This document shows, in pieces, positions 1 to 15,277 of a DNA stretch of 64,000 nucleotides. Source of the stretch: Bispira polyomma (taxonomy: Eukaryota); contig OZ287758.1 of assembly GCA_965649765.1 (NCBI GenBank), forward strand, positions 3,348,001-3,412,000, written 5' to 3'. The notes beneath the pieces are model-generated. The model worked only from the letters and a program-made list of their open reading frames with translations, was not told where the DNA came from and did no database searches. The number at the start of each line of letters is the position of its first letter. The first letter of the stretch is position 1. A program made the translations under genes and the position numbers.

Positions 1-3000
1 TTTTACTCACTGTGCACTCTTGTGTACACTGCATACCTTAAGATGTTACCTCAATATTTCGGACAGAATGTTGATAAAAAGTGTGCCTATTATAATACAT
101 AAACCTCAAACAATGATCTGGTACATAAAACTCCATTTGTACACATTTCTAAATATTATTTTGAAGATAATTCTTTGCGGTAACTACTATTTCTAAAACA
201 CTATTGCTGTAACGTAATTTGTGTGTGGCATAATTAAGACTACTAGTTTCAAAAGTAGTCAACGTTGGTATGTTCTTTGTGGTTTTAATTTAGTTGTAGC
301 CATTAATTGTTTAAAACTTTTGACACACACGTATACAAAAATATAAGCATAAGCCTGATTGTTATAAGCATAAGCTCGAGTGTTATAAGTTTGCATTTAA
401 AGCTAATTATTTTAGGGGAGACATCAATACCTTTTGTTAATATTGTGTAGTTTGTCATGAGATTTCAATGTTTTTAAAAGTGTTCAAGCACAATAATCAT
501 ATTTTATAAGTGCTGCTGCCCAATAACCTATGGACTCAGATGGTATCATGGGTATTAATTTATCTTCTCTCAAGATAAAATTCAAACATATGAGTCACTC
601 GAGGTAATTTTCCTATTGTATTATCCGGTGCCTGTGAAAATGAATATTAAAATTATAGTACTGACACAAATTTCCTACGTTTTTAGTGTCAATTTAAATT
701 AATATTCCAGATAAAAAATGGACAATTAGTATATCAAATATCAAAATATCAACCTAATGGGCGAGTTACACTTTCACAATCTATGGGTCACACATTGCAG
801 AGGGTGATATGAGTATGATGGGGAATGGAGCGGGGTCTTCTTTTTTATGTTGGCATTAATTACTATGCCATAGCTGAATGGTGAAGAATCACAAGCAATT
901 AGTTGCCAACTAGGAGTAATTGGCTACCAACTTGAAAGAATGTGCTACCAACTATGACAATTCATGACCAAACAACATGGAAAAGATAGACAAGGCATGA
1001 CAACATATAGGCTACCAATGACCCCCCCCCCCCCCCTCCTCGAATTTATGTTAGCACAAAAACAAACATAATATTTTGATAAACTGGAGAGTACCAAATG
1101 AAAAGCTACTCTCCTGTAGGTGCTCTCTACGTTGGCAGATTGTCTAATTTGAATAACATTCCTTCATTATTGCTCACATACACTTGCTTCGCTACCGAGG
1201 TATATATCAGCCACTGACAGGCTAATGTAAATAATTCCCTATAATAGTACATAATATTATACAATTACAAAAGACAAGTTTAATTGCTGATTTTGGGGAG
1301 TTCCGTTAATTGCTTCCTTCTATTGAAGTGAGTTCTTGCTGGCGCTCTCTACGATAGCAGATTGTCTAATTTGAATAAAATTCCTTCATTATTGCTTACA
1401 TACACTTGCTTCACTACCGAAGTATATATCAGCCACGGACTGGCAATTCCTCCTCAGTTCCATCCCCCAAAAATAGTGAATATTGAAAATTTTAATAATG
1501 ACCCTTTAGTAAAAAACACCATTGGTTTGACCCTTATTATGTTTGCGTTATTAGTATTGGATGGAACAAATTCGAAAAAGGAAAGCCTTATTAAATGAAC
1601 CGGTTTATGAAGTCATGTAGGTATTAAATAAAATGAACAAGGCATTTGTTTGGGATATTGTTTCAATAATAAGATGTTTTGTTGTGTAGATGTCGTGGTT
1701 TAAGACGAAATGCTTAAATAATGAAATGGAAAAAGACAACGAAAGATGACATTGGGAAGGGTATTATTAGAATGAGGTGTCTACCTTTGAAAATAATAAA
1801 AAATATTATATTAGTAATACAATAGTAAATATAATATATTAGATATATAATAGGGATTAGGTTGGCTCATCCGACGGGATGACACCACTATATTATGTGA
1901 TGTTTATTGACAAAAAGGGTTCTACGAAACATCACTTGTTTTTGACAAATTCAAATTGAAAGTATGTATACATAAGTATAAACATTTTAAATTTTAAAAT
2001 AGTCAACCTATCGTTTTGTTGCCCGGTCGGTCTGTCAACCTAACATTGAAGAAATCATATTTTATAAATTATATCATCATACACATTAATAAATATGACA
2101 CATCTTTTGTAATGTGTTTTGTTCATTAACTCAATTTAATCATTTTTCTAATGCTGTGGAAGAAAAGCATACAATTAAACCACAATACCATGGTATAAAG
2201 TATAAACTTGAATCCACAATATCGTGACTTAAAACTCTTTGTATTACGCTAGAGAGGGGATGCTATAAAAGTACTTGGTACTTGATGTAATAAACATCCT
2301 TCTCTTATTTCCAAGACAAACAGAAACCAAGGCCATATTTTATGTGTGTTACTGCGTATATGCATATTTACAGTGAGTTCTTCTTTATAGGAAAACCTGT
2401 GTGGTGTACTTAACTGTTGATGTAATTATACCTATATGGCAATGGAGAAAGTGCAAAAACGGACCGCACAATCTATATAATATTGGACTCGGACATTGTT
2501 CAAGTGATGAAATTAGAATCAAACATTACACTTAAAAGATGAGATTGTGCTGCAACACAAAAATATAGTTGGTTTACAAGGCTTGAATTCTCTCTGATAT
2601 ACAGCCAATGTAAAAAATTATAAACATGTTGATATGTAAGAAATACCAAATTGACCCCATTATTCTGAAATATTATTTTTACTATCATATTGTATTTTTA
2701 ATTGTTCTAGGTCTTTTGCGGCTTGAAATATATCCATTTCGATGTTATTCAATAGTTACATAGATGCGATCAGTTTCTAAAAACAACACACTTTTTAACA
2801 GATATATCATATAAACATTAATTGTAATTCACATTGAGTTCTCCATTAAAACAATATTGTTATTTAAATATAATGTTTCTTTACTATTACATATTATGGG
2901 TACATGTTTCCATGCCATTAAGAAAAATTGTTAATGTTTACAGCTTAGAATACATGAAGATTATTGTTATAAAACTATTTATAACGTGTTACAGAATAAC

Positions 3001-4996
3001 TAGAATTCAATAAACGAGTGTGTTCAATATGTAGTTATGAGCACTCAATAAATGGTATTATATCTGTCCAATACAATGTTTACGTAATCGATGTATCTGA
3101 CAGATATAATCCTAGTAATATGGTTCACATACGCAACAAGATTTTGACGAGCTTTTGGATACACATGTTATGGTTAGAAATGTCATACACACAATCAAAA
3201 AGAGCTAAGGAAATATGACTACACACACTGGGTCAGACACAACACTACCACACGACTGCAATTTGATTTTGAGAAATCTCTGAAGAAATGTTTTGACATT
3301 AGGTTGCCTTATATGGATTGTGTAGTAAAAGTATTGAGGGGACATGTCATGTTTGGTGTGTATATGACTGTCGTGCAGTGACGTGTCGTCCCCTGTGGTG
3401 ACGTGTAGTGTTGTGTAGTCAGCGGTTCACAAAGCTCTTAACACTAACAAGGGGAAATGTCCATTCTAGTGGTTCACCGTATTTTCGGCTTGCAGGCTAT
3501 GTTTCCTGATTAAGTTTCAAAATATGTCCATACTATTTCACTTTAATAAGTCGAACGAACATTGGGAAAGCATCTGTTCATGTACAAATACCAATTTAAC
3601 CTCCATTTAATACTGAAAGTGTGAGCTTAAAAACGTGATTTGAAATATAATACACCAAAAAACAAAACATAATTTCTGTCCCTGTGTGTAACAGGAAAGT
3701 TTATGGAAACATTTATCACTTGATACTCACTTAAAAGACAAAACCTTAAACTATAGTGTGGCATTATATATAGTTTACACAAATGCTAAATAATAGACTA
3801 TAACAGAAATACAAATACTCACCAAAATATAGACATAGCAAAAATAACAATCACAATTTACGAGCATGGATCACATTCTAGTTGTATATTTAGTCATGGA
3901 TAAACTGATGTTATTTGTACACAAAAGAAATTAGTCTGTCTTCGAAATATGTTTTTCCGGTTGTTTTTTTTTTTTTTTTTTTTTGGCTTAAAAAAGTACA
4001 TTATTGTGTTTCATATAATATTGGGTACTACAATAGCTCTGTCACACGAATCAAACCGATTACTGGCTCAGTAAGCCTGTTGATTGTATTACTAAATAAC
4101 ATATTGTATAATACAAATAAGATACATCTTAATTGTCATCACAATAAAGGCATTTTGAATATATAAAAAACATGGAACAAGTATTAAATGTTGGTAAAAA
4201 ATACTTGTATTTGTGACAAGGTGTACTTGCCAAAATAAAAGTGAAATAAACATCAAGTAGAAATTTATACTTTTTTTCTAGCAATGTATACATGCTTCTC
4301 ATATGTCTTTACCTTCTTTAAGCTCCCAGAAGTATGACCTGAAACATCACTTGCTGTTGCTCTAGAATTAAGTTCTTCAGTGTAACACAACCATTACAAC
4401 TCTAGTGAATTACAGTATAAGTATATATTATCACTGGGAATTGATGTTAGCTATATACTACCTAATCAGTTGGGTTGCTGAGACAATACTCTCAACACAA
4501 TTAAATATATTGATCATTACGCTTTATAAAAGCCCACATTAGACATTCTTAACTGTAAAAATGTCAGAAATAATAAACTGGGCGAATTTTTTTAACCGCT
4601 AAAGCCTCCACTATATACAGTAGTTATATGTCTCTCTTTGTATATAAGATATCCAGTTTTACACCGGTGTAAATAGCTTTAATTACCCTCATGTTTAAAC
4701 TACCCCTGGTAACTGGAAATTATCTTGGTGTGCCCCCTCATGTTTAAGTCAGTCCCCACAATAAGACCGACCCTGCACTTTTTATATGTCACATGTCCTA
4801 ATACCTGTGAAGGATGTAAAAATTTACATAGTACTGATATCAGTTGTATTTAAGTCTACAGATGTCCAACATTATTTTGATTAAGAGAGCTTGTTCTGTG
4901 TTTTGGGTACCTCTGTACTAACAATCTTGTACTCACTTGGAATTGTAATTATAATTACAAAAATAGGAAGTATCTTGTATGTTAAATTTTATTTTG

Positions 4997-5118
4997 GGAG
5001 ACGGACAAAAGTAACCGTGACAAAAGTAACAAAAGTAACCGGGACAAAAGTAACCCCCAAAAAACAGGCCTAGGACAAAAGTAACCCCCAAAAAACAGGC
5101 CTAGGACAAAAGTAACCA
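4997..5118 (+). repeat. GACAAAAGTAACC subterminal-type repeats (probable DNA transposon end)
   Basis: Six ACAAAAGTAAC units following GGGAGACG. Confidence 0.55.
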
Positions 5119-6695
5119 AGATTTAATTTTTTCAGTGAAGTGTAATGTAAGTACTATTTTTAGAAAAAATATTTTTTATCATGAACAATCCACCTTTAAA
5201 ACACTTGGTTTCTCCAGAGTACATTTGAAAGAGAAAAAAGTTGCAGGAAATATATTTGAGGAGTTTATATATCTACCCCTAAGTACATTTAAAAGGAATT
5301 TCAATTGTAATAGCTTTTTTGAGAAAAAAAAAAAAAACTGCCCCATCCAGAGTACATTTAAAAGAGAACAAAAATGTAGGAAGTTTATTTGAAGTTTTTA
5401 ATGACCTTAAATACAATGGAGGTTGTAGTCTATTTGAAGAGACTACAAATTATCTGGGTATGGCTACGAAAAAAAATCAGACACACTTGTATTTGTCACA
5501 CTGAACACCTCAGTCTTTAATTTGAAACAAGAGTGGTCTTATATATTATGATTTCTTGGATAAACTTGATCTGTATGATTTTCAAGATAGTTTTATAATT
5601 GAGTTTACATTTCTGGGGGAGGGGGTAGTGTAAAAGTGGATAATTGATAAATCCTGCACCGGGATTAAATTGCTACACACTCTTATATAACAAACAGTTC
5701 ACAATGGTATGCCCACAACTCCTGAAGATATATTATTATAAACTGGGTCAATACTTGAGCTTAAATGATCTGTTTGACATGTATCGATATACCATCTTAT
5801 ATGGCCTTTTTAGTATAATGGTATGGAGAAGTATTAAAAAAGTTATGAAAGTATCTTTTTAGTTAAGGGAACCCTGTCTATAACTTTCTATAAGTTTAGC
5901 TCCCTTCCTATCAAATTTGATATCAAACTTGTGTCGAGTAATTTTTTAGTAAGGTAAACATCTGCCTCAATATTCAGTTAGTTATACTGTGCATTATTTT
6001 ATTATCAATAGATCTTCAGAGACAGATTCTGGTCGGATAAAGGGCTTTATAAAACAAACAAAAAACTGTACTAGCATTAGGAATCAACACTAGAAATGGG
6101 TTATAGTACTCACAAAAATCCTGTTTGATGTGAAACTCCATTGAACTATACTTACAATGTTCATGTATTTCAAAAAAATCTTCACTCCATGTCAGTACTC
6201 ATTAATAGTTATATGTCAAACTATCTATATCTGCCATTGTGGCCTCAGTGGAGAACACAATAGCTTGTGAATTCAGAGGACCTGGATTCTATCCCAGGCA
6301 GATATATATAGTGGCTCAGAATTACCACATAATGTCATGGTCCTCTGCCGTTGGGTCCTGCCCCTGGTGGCAGGATAAAGAACCTTGTGGAGCATTGACA
6401 AATGTTCAATCCCTTTCTCTTTATTTAAGGAATGACAAATACTGGTGCTGGTTGGATGTGCTAAGGTAGTCACTCAAATGTTGTTTTGAGTTCCAAATAA
6501 AGAAGGTATATGAATGTGCTTAGTATAAATTTGAATGCAATACAATAAAAAAACAACTGCTAGAAGTAGTAAAGGTTTGGACAAATATTTGTAATGCAAT
6601 GTTAGCTTAAGGTAATCAACCAAAATCCAGGTAGAACAGAAAATAATAATATAAATATAACAGAAACTTAGTGAACAATTTAGCTTTTTACTTTT

Positions 6696-6697
<2 letters not shown>

Positions 6698-6730
<33 letters not shown>
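6698..6730. repeat. (AT)n microsatellite
   Basis: Direct. Confidence 0.95.
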
Positions 6731-6733
<3 letters not shown>

Positions 6734-9700
6734 AGGGTGACGGAGAATTGCCCCATCAGGAAATTATCCTGATGGACAGTTTTCCTGATGGGAAATAATT
6801 GATGGAATAATTTCCTGATGTCCTGACGGGCAGTTTTCCTGATGGGCAATTTTCAGGGATTCTACTAATTCATATAAACAACCAGTGTGAAACATTAATA
6901 TACCTTTTTCAATTTTGTAAAGTGGTCCCTTTTAAAACAGGTATGATTGTAATTATCTGGTTTGTAACCCTGTAAAATTACTAAAATTGCCACTTTTCAA
7001 TGTGTTTCCTATTATGTACGTCGGTAGTTTAATTCTAAAGGGCCAAGCAATAGGGGTGATTGTGATGGATATGTTTTATTTGATTTGGTTTTAACATTAC
7101 CTTTAACAATAAGTCATATTACAACAGCCAGTTTTGGTGCTGGAGTAAACAAGACTATACTACTTGGTCAAGATTCTACACTTTCAAACAGCGACCAAGT
7201 AACTGCCAACTTTCCAACTTTAAGTACCAGCCAAGATTCCAACCAAGAGTTAAGGAAAAATGAAAAATGCATTGTCTGAAAACAATGGACTTTTAGTATA
7301 AAGTTACAAAGCATATCTATTATTATCAAAACATATTTCATCATCACCTGTTTATAAATAACAAGTATATACTTTAAACTTAAACTACTCTGATATCAGT
7401 GAAAAAACTCCAATAATACAATTCCTCAAATAATCTGTTTGTATTCTTATCCCCATAGAGTTTACACCTGATATACACTCAAAAGACTTTAGACCACACA
7501 GAGTAAATGTTGTAATGGCCTTAAAATGTGCCATGGACATACAAATTGGCACAAATCAACAAATTGTTCTGATGAAGACAAGTGACATGTGACAGTTAGT
7601 TGATTACTACAGTTTGTAGCAAAATCAGATCAAATCGCCCTAAAAACTCAAATAAAACTTTATCTATTTGAAGATTTGCCATAAATAAAGTGGCATATAT
7701 ATATATATATATATATCTTATACAAAAATGCCATTCCAAGTTAGGTGAAATAAGTAATGCAGATCCTAATACAAATAAACTTCCTAATAACCAATAAAAT
7801 CCCAATAGTCTTTCATGTTTGATTGGATGACAAAGGAAATCCATTGAATAGACTGAATGATGATTTATTTGCGTGTGCTGGTAGTTATGTGTACAATCCA
7901 CCACAACCCAATATATGAGGTCTGAAGGAAATATTATACAGATTTATATTTACATATATTCTGGATTATTATTTTTACCTGCCACATATTGCAAATACAC
8001 AGGTAAAAATTGCTGAATCATATGCATTTTGTGCAAATCATAATGTGCACTTTATAGAATGCGCTAAATATTATATTCATCTGAAAATAAGTCTATACAA
8101 TGGTAAGAAAAATAGCAAGTCTTCATGTCATCATAATCCAGTACTGTATAGATATCTGTCTATAAAAAGTAGAGATTTATACAAGGCAACTGGCTTGGCA
8201 TACATTCACTGATTTGTCACACCTCTTGAATTTATTCCGGTTGATTTGCACTTTAAATAAACTCCATCTCTTAGAAAATTCTACAATCTTCCTTTGTGTT
8301 AATAGAGGTTATCGTTTAAAACAATTAACTTTCTTGAAATCTGAAAAGGTAATTGTACATATATGAGGACATAACATAACACTTGCTCTTACTCAGGACT
8401 CTAGAGATCCATGAAATTATTAATTTAAGTAAATTTTACTATCAGCCATTTTTCTGTGAAATAAAAGGACTTTTTACAGTAACTGTGAAGAGTGGTTTTA
8501 TGCAGAATGTGGCAATATTCCAGAATGTGTGTTTTTAAGACACATTTATGTGTCCATGATATTCTGTTGTAAGGGAAATGTCAAAACATTGAAATGTGTG
8601 TAGTTTTAAGTAAAATTAAATTACTCTTCATTTGGTAGTCGGCCGTGGTAAGGGAGTTAGTCTGGTGATCCGTAGGTTCTTGGTTTGACTCCGGGTTTAG
8701 GGTTTTTGATCTGGTCATCAGAGGTTCACTGGTTTGAATTCTGTGAATGCCACCAGGTTCTTTGGTAGGATAACATCGTTGGCCAAGATGTGAACATGAC
8801 ATTGCCTACTGATGACAACTCAGACTATGTTGTAGGATACATTCCTTACCAAGGTCTCTTTATCTCAGTTTCGATACTGTAAAATGATATTAAGACTATG
8901 AAAATACAAACATACCAAATACATTGTTATACCTTTCTTCTTTTACTTCAAGTTATATTTGATCACTTACTTCAATTATTATAGTTGTATAGTATATTGT
9001 TGTTGGGCACTTCAAGTTATATATTTGATGATAAATATGCCTTTTGAAGTCAATGTGTTAAAAAAATGAACTTTTACTCATGAGCTGATATGCCAGTGAG
9101 TGAAACAGGTGTTGAGGGCTACGTCAATGCATATTAATATAATAATAATACTGGCCATTTTGTCAGCATGCTAAATCTCTGAACTGTCATTTGTTTATCT
9201 TTGTAGTAGAACATTTCCGGTGTCATCATCTATAACCTCACCTGTATTCATCCTGTCGACATCAGGTAAAACAATCCTTCACAGCTAACCCTTGAAATTG
9301 TGGGGATAGTCAATTTATGTTCCAACATGTAGTTTTCATTATAGAGTCTTGTTACCCTAAGAACGTGTGATAAATATGCTACCATAGTATAACTTCTACG
9401 CCTTACTTGAAAGTAATAGTTGAATAACATGACCCCTTCTTTGTTTTAAATGGTGTGGACGTGAACATTGAAGATGTGGACACTAGCCCTGCAAGGAACT
9501 GAAAGATAAGATAATAGTTTTTTGGGGGAAGGGGGGGGGGCTGCCCACTGCTTGTGGACAGGTTCTGGGGGTAACAGATGCATTTGACTGCAAAAGTTCC
9601 TCATAGTCTGGTAATAATACAGATCTCACTTTGTTAGACTTCAGAGCCTGCCCTACTTCCAATAATTTGTGAAATACAGGTCACATATTCACCTAAGTAC

Positions 9701-12389
9701 TGAGTAGTCACACTGATAGACGCCTACCACTCTGAAACTCGCCTTGTTATGTGGTAAAAAGTATATTAAAACATTGCAGCTTAGGTCATATCACGACAGC
9801 CGCGTACAATGGTGGACCAAAGCATTGCTAAAACAGTGTAAACTACCATCATGTATCTGACAAACTGTCATACAAAAAGGTATAAGTAGCATTCAATTTT
9901 AAATTAGTAAGAGGACAGTGATTTTGAAGCAAATGCTTCTGACCACTAGGATACCACGGCAAACTGGGAAAGAGTAGATGAACATAGATGATGTAAAATT
10001 ATTCCTGAGCTATGATACAACCTAAGCCTTTCCTAATACCCCAGTCAGATAGAGGTTCCAATCTGCAACTGACCACATGTGACCTCACAAATGTAAGATC
10101 ACCAGAGAGTCCATGAGACTTCATAAGCAGATCCCAGTTGCAGTAACATATACACTTTGGTGGGTGATTACCGATTACCACCAGATTTAGGATCAGTTGG
10201 AAACCTCTCTGCAAAAGTGGAACATATACCAGTTTCAGATTAGTGAGGATTGGTCTTGTCAATGTGTGTGACTAGTGTAGGAGCCTATTAAACCAAAAAC
10301 AGGTTGCAGATCATCGTTTGTCCATGTCTAATGTTTTATAGATCAGTAAAGACAAATATGAAAATACAAAAGCTGTGTGTTTAGATGAATACTCATTTGC
10401 AATCAAATCAAGATTGACCTGCGAGCACTGATCCTGGCAGTTTTATACCATTTTGCAGATCATACAACCATCAAATACTAGAAAGACTCTGGCAATCAAA
10501 TAACTCCAGGGGGTAGGTTTAACACTTGTGAATACCACTTTGGTAAAAACCAGGATTTTATGTAAAATGGATAAAGCTGATCCCGACTAAAGTGCTCGTA
10601 CAACTAGTGAAGACTACCAGAAAACAACGAAAACCTGTCACACAAAATACGACAACATCAAAAAGAAACATAAAAAACTACAGTGACTTGTTGTCCGTAA
10701 GAGATCTCGCGGAAGTCGGAAGGTTAAAACTTAGCTTAGACAAACTTAGATTTAAGACTGGACTTAGTTGCACTTTTGAATAAGCCCAGGAACTATTGTG
10801 AATAATGCCTCTGTTGCAAAATAACGACAATCCCTGGTGATGTTTGGCTTTTTGTATTTTAATCCATATTTTCCCAAAATCTGTTATGGAATGTTACTTG
10901 TCTTGGCTCTTTCTTGATATCCGTGAGCATTTTATTGCACTGTCACAAAGTTTTAAAATATTAAAAATGCTCGTTTGTGAAGGTTTTTGTGGGATGGGAT
11001 GGATGGGTATACATCTTTGTCTCTTTTGAATCATTTCTCGCCAGTAGCCTTTTGTGTTTGCTTGTTGTGGCTCGTTCTGTATTGTTTCACGTTCGTTGCA
11101 ATTAGTAGCAGTTGGGGAAATTTTGTTACGATTAGTGATGTATGAGTGGGTGTTTGTTATTGTCTGTTATGTCTTCATTTCTCATTAGTGGGTGTCAGTG
11201 TAGGTATGTGTCTTTTCTGCTGTAGGGCTGAATGATCATTCGTGAGGGCTTTTGTCAGGGTTGGTGGGAGCGGTATATGTCTTGATTAGTTTTGGAAATT
11301 TACTCATTAGTGGCTGGTTCTGTTGGCTCATTTTGTTTTTGTGGTAATGAGTAGCAGTTAGTGAACGTTGTGATTAGTGAGGTATTAGTAGGTATTCTTT
11401 ATTGTTTGTTCTGTCTTCGTTTCTCATTATATGTATCATATGTATTACTATAGAAATGTGTCACTTTTGCAGGTCTGTCACAGTTTCATTAGAATGCTTT
11501 AACATTATGGCAGTAGGACTAGGGTATTTTTTGCAGGGTAAGAGTGCGATGGGGAAATCTATATATGGACTAAAACCTGTGAAACTGCTGCAATAATTAT
11601 GTATACTACTAAACATTGGTCTAAATGAGACCGGGCCATAACATTGAAAGAAAATGTATCAGCTGGCAAGTATAGGTGTGCTTCTATTAGTGAGTGTTGA
11701 GTACAAGGACTTAATGTGTATGCTAGGAGAAATCTAAGATCTAAGCTATGAGGAATCGGAACATAACTGACATACTATGAGGAAGTGGATGTTTTTTTGT
11801 CAAATAGGTTGTGCAGCTTATTTCTTATACGTCACTTGTTTTGTTTCCATTAAAGTACGTTTCAGCCACTTTGTCGTCTTGCTATATGGCCCCCATGGGT
11901 CATTCCATTCTTGTTTGATGATATGTACTTTTATTATCCACTGTGATGTCAGTATGACGTTTTCGTGGCTGATACAGGCCGGGTGAAACTCGATTTTTAC
12001 ACCATTCTAAATATGTGTTTTAAGTTAATTTTTAAGGTACCAACTCTAAGGTACTTCTTGTATTGTGACGTCACAATGGCAGGTTTTGAAACGTAAACAA
12101 AAACTATATAGAGTTTGGGGAGTTGAAGTTCATGTCTAGATTCTTGAGAATTGGTGAATTTGTGAAATGCCAAAGGTTGGGTTTTCAGATTAAAAATAGC
12201 TACCAATGATATAGCTTTTAGTATTACACATTTATAATAAAATACTCCTCAAGTTTATTTAAAAATATTCTAGCTCTACCTGACCGGATAAATATCAGTT
12301 TATACTAAATATAAATAACATATATACATTCTTTTGGACAGAAGTACAGCATGTTTAAAAACAAATTATATAGATTTCCTTTTAAAAAA

Positions 12390-12905
12390 TAATAGAAACA
12401 TTTATATAGCGCAAAATTTATAAAAATCCTCCAATGTGCTAAATTCTAAAAAGGGATTTTCCATTATCGAGCAAAGTTCGTTACCAAGTGAGCGCCAACC
12501 AGGAAGTGACTAAGGTGGGGGATATGCCAGTCTGAACAAGTGAGTCTTGAGCTGACTTCGAAAACCTGATATTGTCTGCTGTGATCTGACATTTTGTGGC
12601 AACCTGTTCCATTCTGCCGGTGCAGTGACAGCAAAGCTGCACCTTCCAATTTACCATTTGGGGCAAAGTGAAACAGATAGTCTATTTCCACGAGTGAGGG
12701 TGCTGGACTTGATTAAAAAGGATAGGTAGGGAGGTTGGGAATAGTTAATAGCCTTAAAAACCAGCAGGTTGTATTTGAAATGGATGCGATGTTCAATGGG
12801 AAGCCAGTGGAGTTTTTGAAGGTAGGGGGGTGACATCACTAAATCTGTCAAGCCTATAAACAATGTGACAGAGAGCATTTTGGACTCTCTGAAGTTTGGC
12901 AATAT
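12390..12905 (-). mobile_element. L2-group LINE 3' fragment
   Basis: YLQKLHWLPIEHRIHFKY; 3' region closely similar to the copy at 52230-53360. Confidence 0.85.
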
Positions 12906-13510
12906 TTTTACATGTAAAATTAATATTTGCAGAAAGAACTACTTATTCAGGAAATATTTGCACAAGTTACAATTTTATTTGGATGAGAATTTGCTGTTCT
13001 GAATGTATATTTTATATATTTGAGTGTATATGCAACTTTGGGTGACTTTACCTCCATTTCTGCTTGGAAGTGTGGGTAATCTTTCTTAAAACTTTCGATT
13101 TATATAAAATATAAGCATTATGCAATGCTATTGTGTACAAAACCCGATTTTTAGAGTGGTAGAAGTTTGAATTCGAAGCTAATTCTTTAAGGTAACAAAT
13201 CCGTACTTTTTGCTTATTTTGCCGTGAATTTTTTATATTTTAGAACCTTTGGAGACTGTTTTTTTTTCATATATTTTGAACTATATCAGTTAATATAATG
13301 ATATTTTATCAGTGGATAATAAAAGGGCTTTTATTGTACTGTTGATCTATCTTCTTTGGTCATATAATTTTTTTAATATATACCACTCGGTCAATTTTCC
13401 TATTGTACATACATTTTGACATATGTATAGAAACGAGGGCATCAGAGTGAATAACGACTAATAATGACTAAAAACATGACCGATGTGTGTGTGTGTGTGC
13501 CTTTACTTAA

Positions 13511-13795
13511 CCCTTTCACCCCTAGGTTGTATGTTAGCATTCAACCGCAATTCTTACTCCCAGAACTGATGTCTGTCATCAAGCAGAGGACACCCAAAAA
13601 TGTATTCTATGTTATTCAACTTCAGTTCCTCACAATAGGATATATTATAAGTACAGCAGACTCCTTTGTTTAAAAACATTATGTGAATCCTTTACTGAAT
13701 GCAGGAAGTGGTCATGTTGTGTGAGCTTTAGTGATTCCAGCTATCTGTAGCCTGTCACCTGACACATTGTCTTCAGTTTGATAAGACTGAAGGGG
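13511..13795. mobile_element. piggyBac-like MITE
   Basis: TTAA|CCCTTTCA ... TGAAGGGG|TTAA. Confidence 0.55.
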
Positions 13796-14380
13796 TTAAA
13801 AGTCTGATCAAAGAGATTTGGTGAAAAGGACCCCTACACTCATTGACTTATATCTGTTTAGAACAATAATCTTTATTTCCTCATAAAATGCAAACATTAT
13901 TAATTCTGCTCACATTCGCAAGATAAAAAAAGAGACAAAAATTCTCTTGCCATCTAACCTCACAGGATCGTAACCTTAGACAAATATAGGGCCAGCCAAA
14001 GGTAGTCGCCAATTAATAAAAAATGTATGACATTAATAATTTCATTGTGTTAATAACATTCTTTAATATTTCAGATACCAACAGTAGGTAAATATCGCTT
14101 AGTTAACAAATATCTATGAGTCACTTTAAACTTGCAACAGCAATACATCAATAATTATACTAAGTAAGTCCAATTCACAGAAAGGCATAGTAAACCATTC
14201 CCCGTGTGTATATCTTATATCTGCCTAATACCTTGGCAGTGTAGCCTAAGACCATGTACATGACAAGGTAGATGCCCACTATGCAAGAAGGAGGAGGTAG
14301 GGGTCTACTGTACTGGGCTTTAAAATTTAAGTCCAGTGCACAGTGGTGGCCCAATGTGCAACAGAGGAGGAGGTGGGGGT

Positions 14381-14930
14381 CCACTGCCCAGCCTCAGTTC
14401 TCTTAAGTAAGGCTAGATCCCACTCTCCAGCTTCAGTTCTCTTAAGTAAGGCTAGAACCCACTCTCCAGCCTCAGTTCTCTTAAGTAAGGCTAGATCCCA
14501 CTCTCCAGCTTCAGTTCTCTTAAGTAAGGCTAGATCCCACTCTCCAGCCTCAGCTCTCTTAAGTAAGGCTAGAACCCACTCTCCAGCCTCAGTTCTCTTA
14601 AGTAAGGCTAGATCCCACTCTCCAGCCTCAGTTCTCTTAAGTAAGGCTAGATCCCATTCTCCAGCCTCAGTTCTCTTAAGTAAGGCTAGATACCACTCTC
14701 CAGCCTCAGTTCTCTTAAGTAAGGCTAGAACCCACTCTCCAGCCTCAGTTCTCTTAAGTAAGGCTAGATCCCACTCTCCAGCCTCAGTTCTCTTAAGTAA
14801 GGCTAGATCCCACTCTCCAGCCTCAGTTCTCTTAAGTAAGGGTAGAACCCACTCTCCAGCCTCAGTTCTCTTAAGTAAGGGTAGAACCCACTCTCCAGCC
14901 TCAGTTCTCTTAAGTAAGGGTAGATCCCCA
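14381..14930. repeat. 39-bp minisatellite, ~14 copies
   Basis: Unit CCCACTCTCCAGCCTCAGTTCTCTTAAGTAAGGCTAGA(T/A). Confidence 0.95.
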
Positions 14931-14991
14931 CTTAATAAGTTGTAATCACCAGATGATCTCATGATCACCACTTAATAAGTCATGATCACCA

Positions 14992-15098
14992 GGTCCCGTA
15001 TTCACGAAAGGACTTAGCCAGGTCTTAGGCTCAAATCTAGCACAAAAGTATAATGATTTAAGCCTAAGACTTGTATAAGTCCCTTCGTGAATACGACC
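14992..15098. mobile_element. Palindromic MITE (PIF/Harbinger-like), family also at 20808-20917 and 31610-31720
   Basis: Inverted repeats GTATTCAC...GTGAATAC and CTTAGGCT...AGCCTAAG. Confidence 0.6.
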
Positions 15099-15277
15099 NN
15101 NNNNNNNNNNNNNNNNNNNNNNNNNNNNNNNNNNNNNNNNNNNNNNNNNNNNNNNNNNNNNNNNNNNNNNNNNNNNNNNNNNNNNNNNNNNNNNNNNNNN
15201 NNNNNNNNNNNNNNNNNNNNNNNNNNNNNNNNNNNNNNNNNNNNNNNNNNNNNNNNNNNNNNNNNNNNNNNNNNNNN
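15099..15277. other. Assembly gap (N run)
   Basis: Run of N. Confidence 1.

Noticed and set aside
1120-1445. ~105-bp direct duplication (1122-1223, 1342-1445) and the 78-aa ORF on it
   Set aside because: Local duplication or repeat fragment with no coding signature
10830-11720. Possible Penelope-like retroelement remnant on the minus strand (IKSLYSTL-like peptide)
   Set aside because: Too degenerate to support without a search
14327-14971. 214-aa and 200-aa repetitive ORFs on both strands, superficially CRISPR-like or a repeat protein
   Set aside because: A 39-bp (multiple of 3) minisatellite with no unique spacers, no cas genes and no splice context; the open frames follow from the unit length
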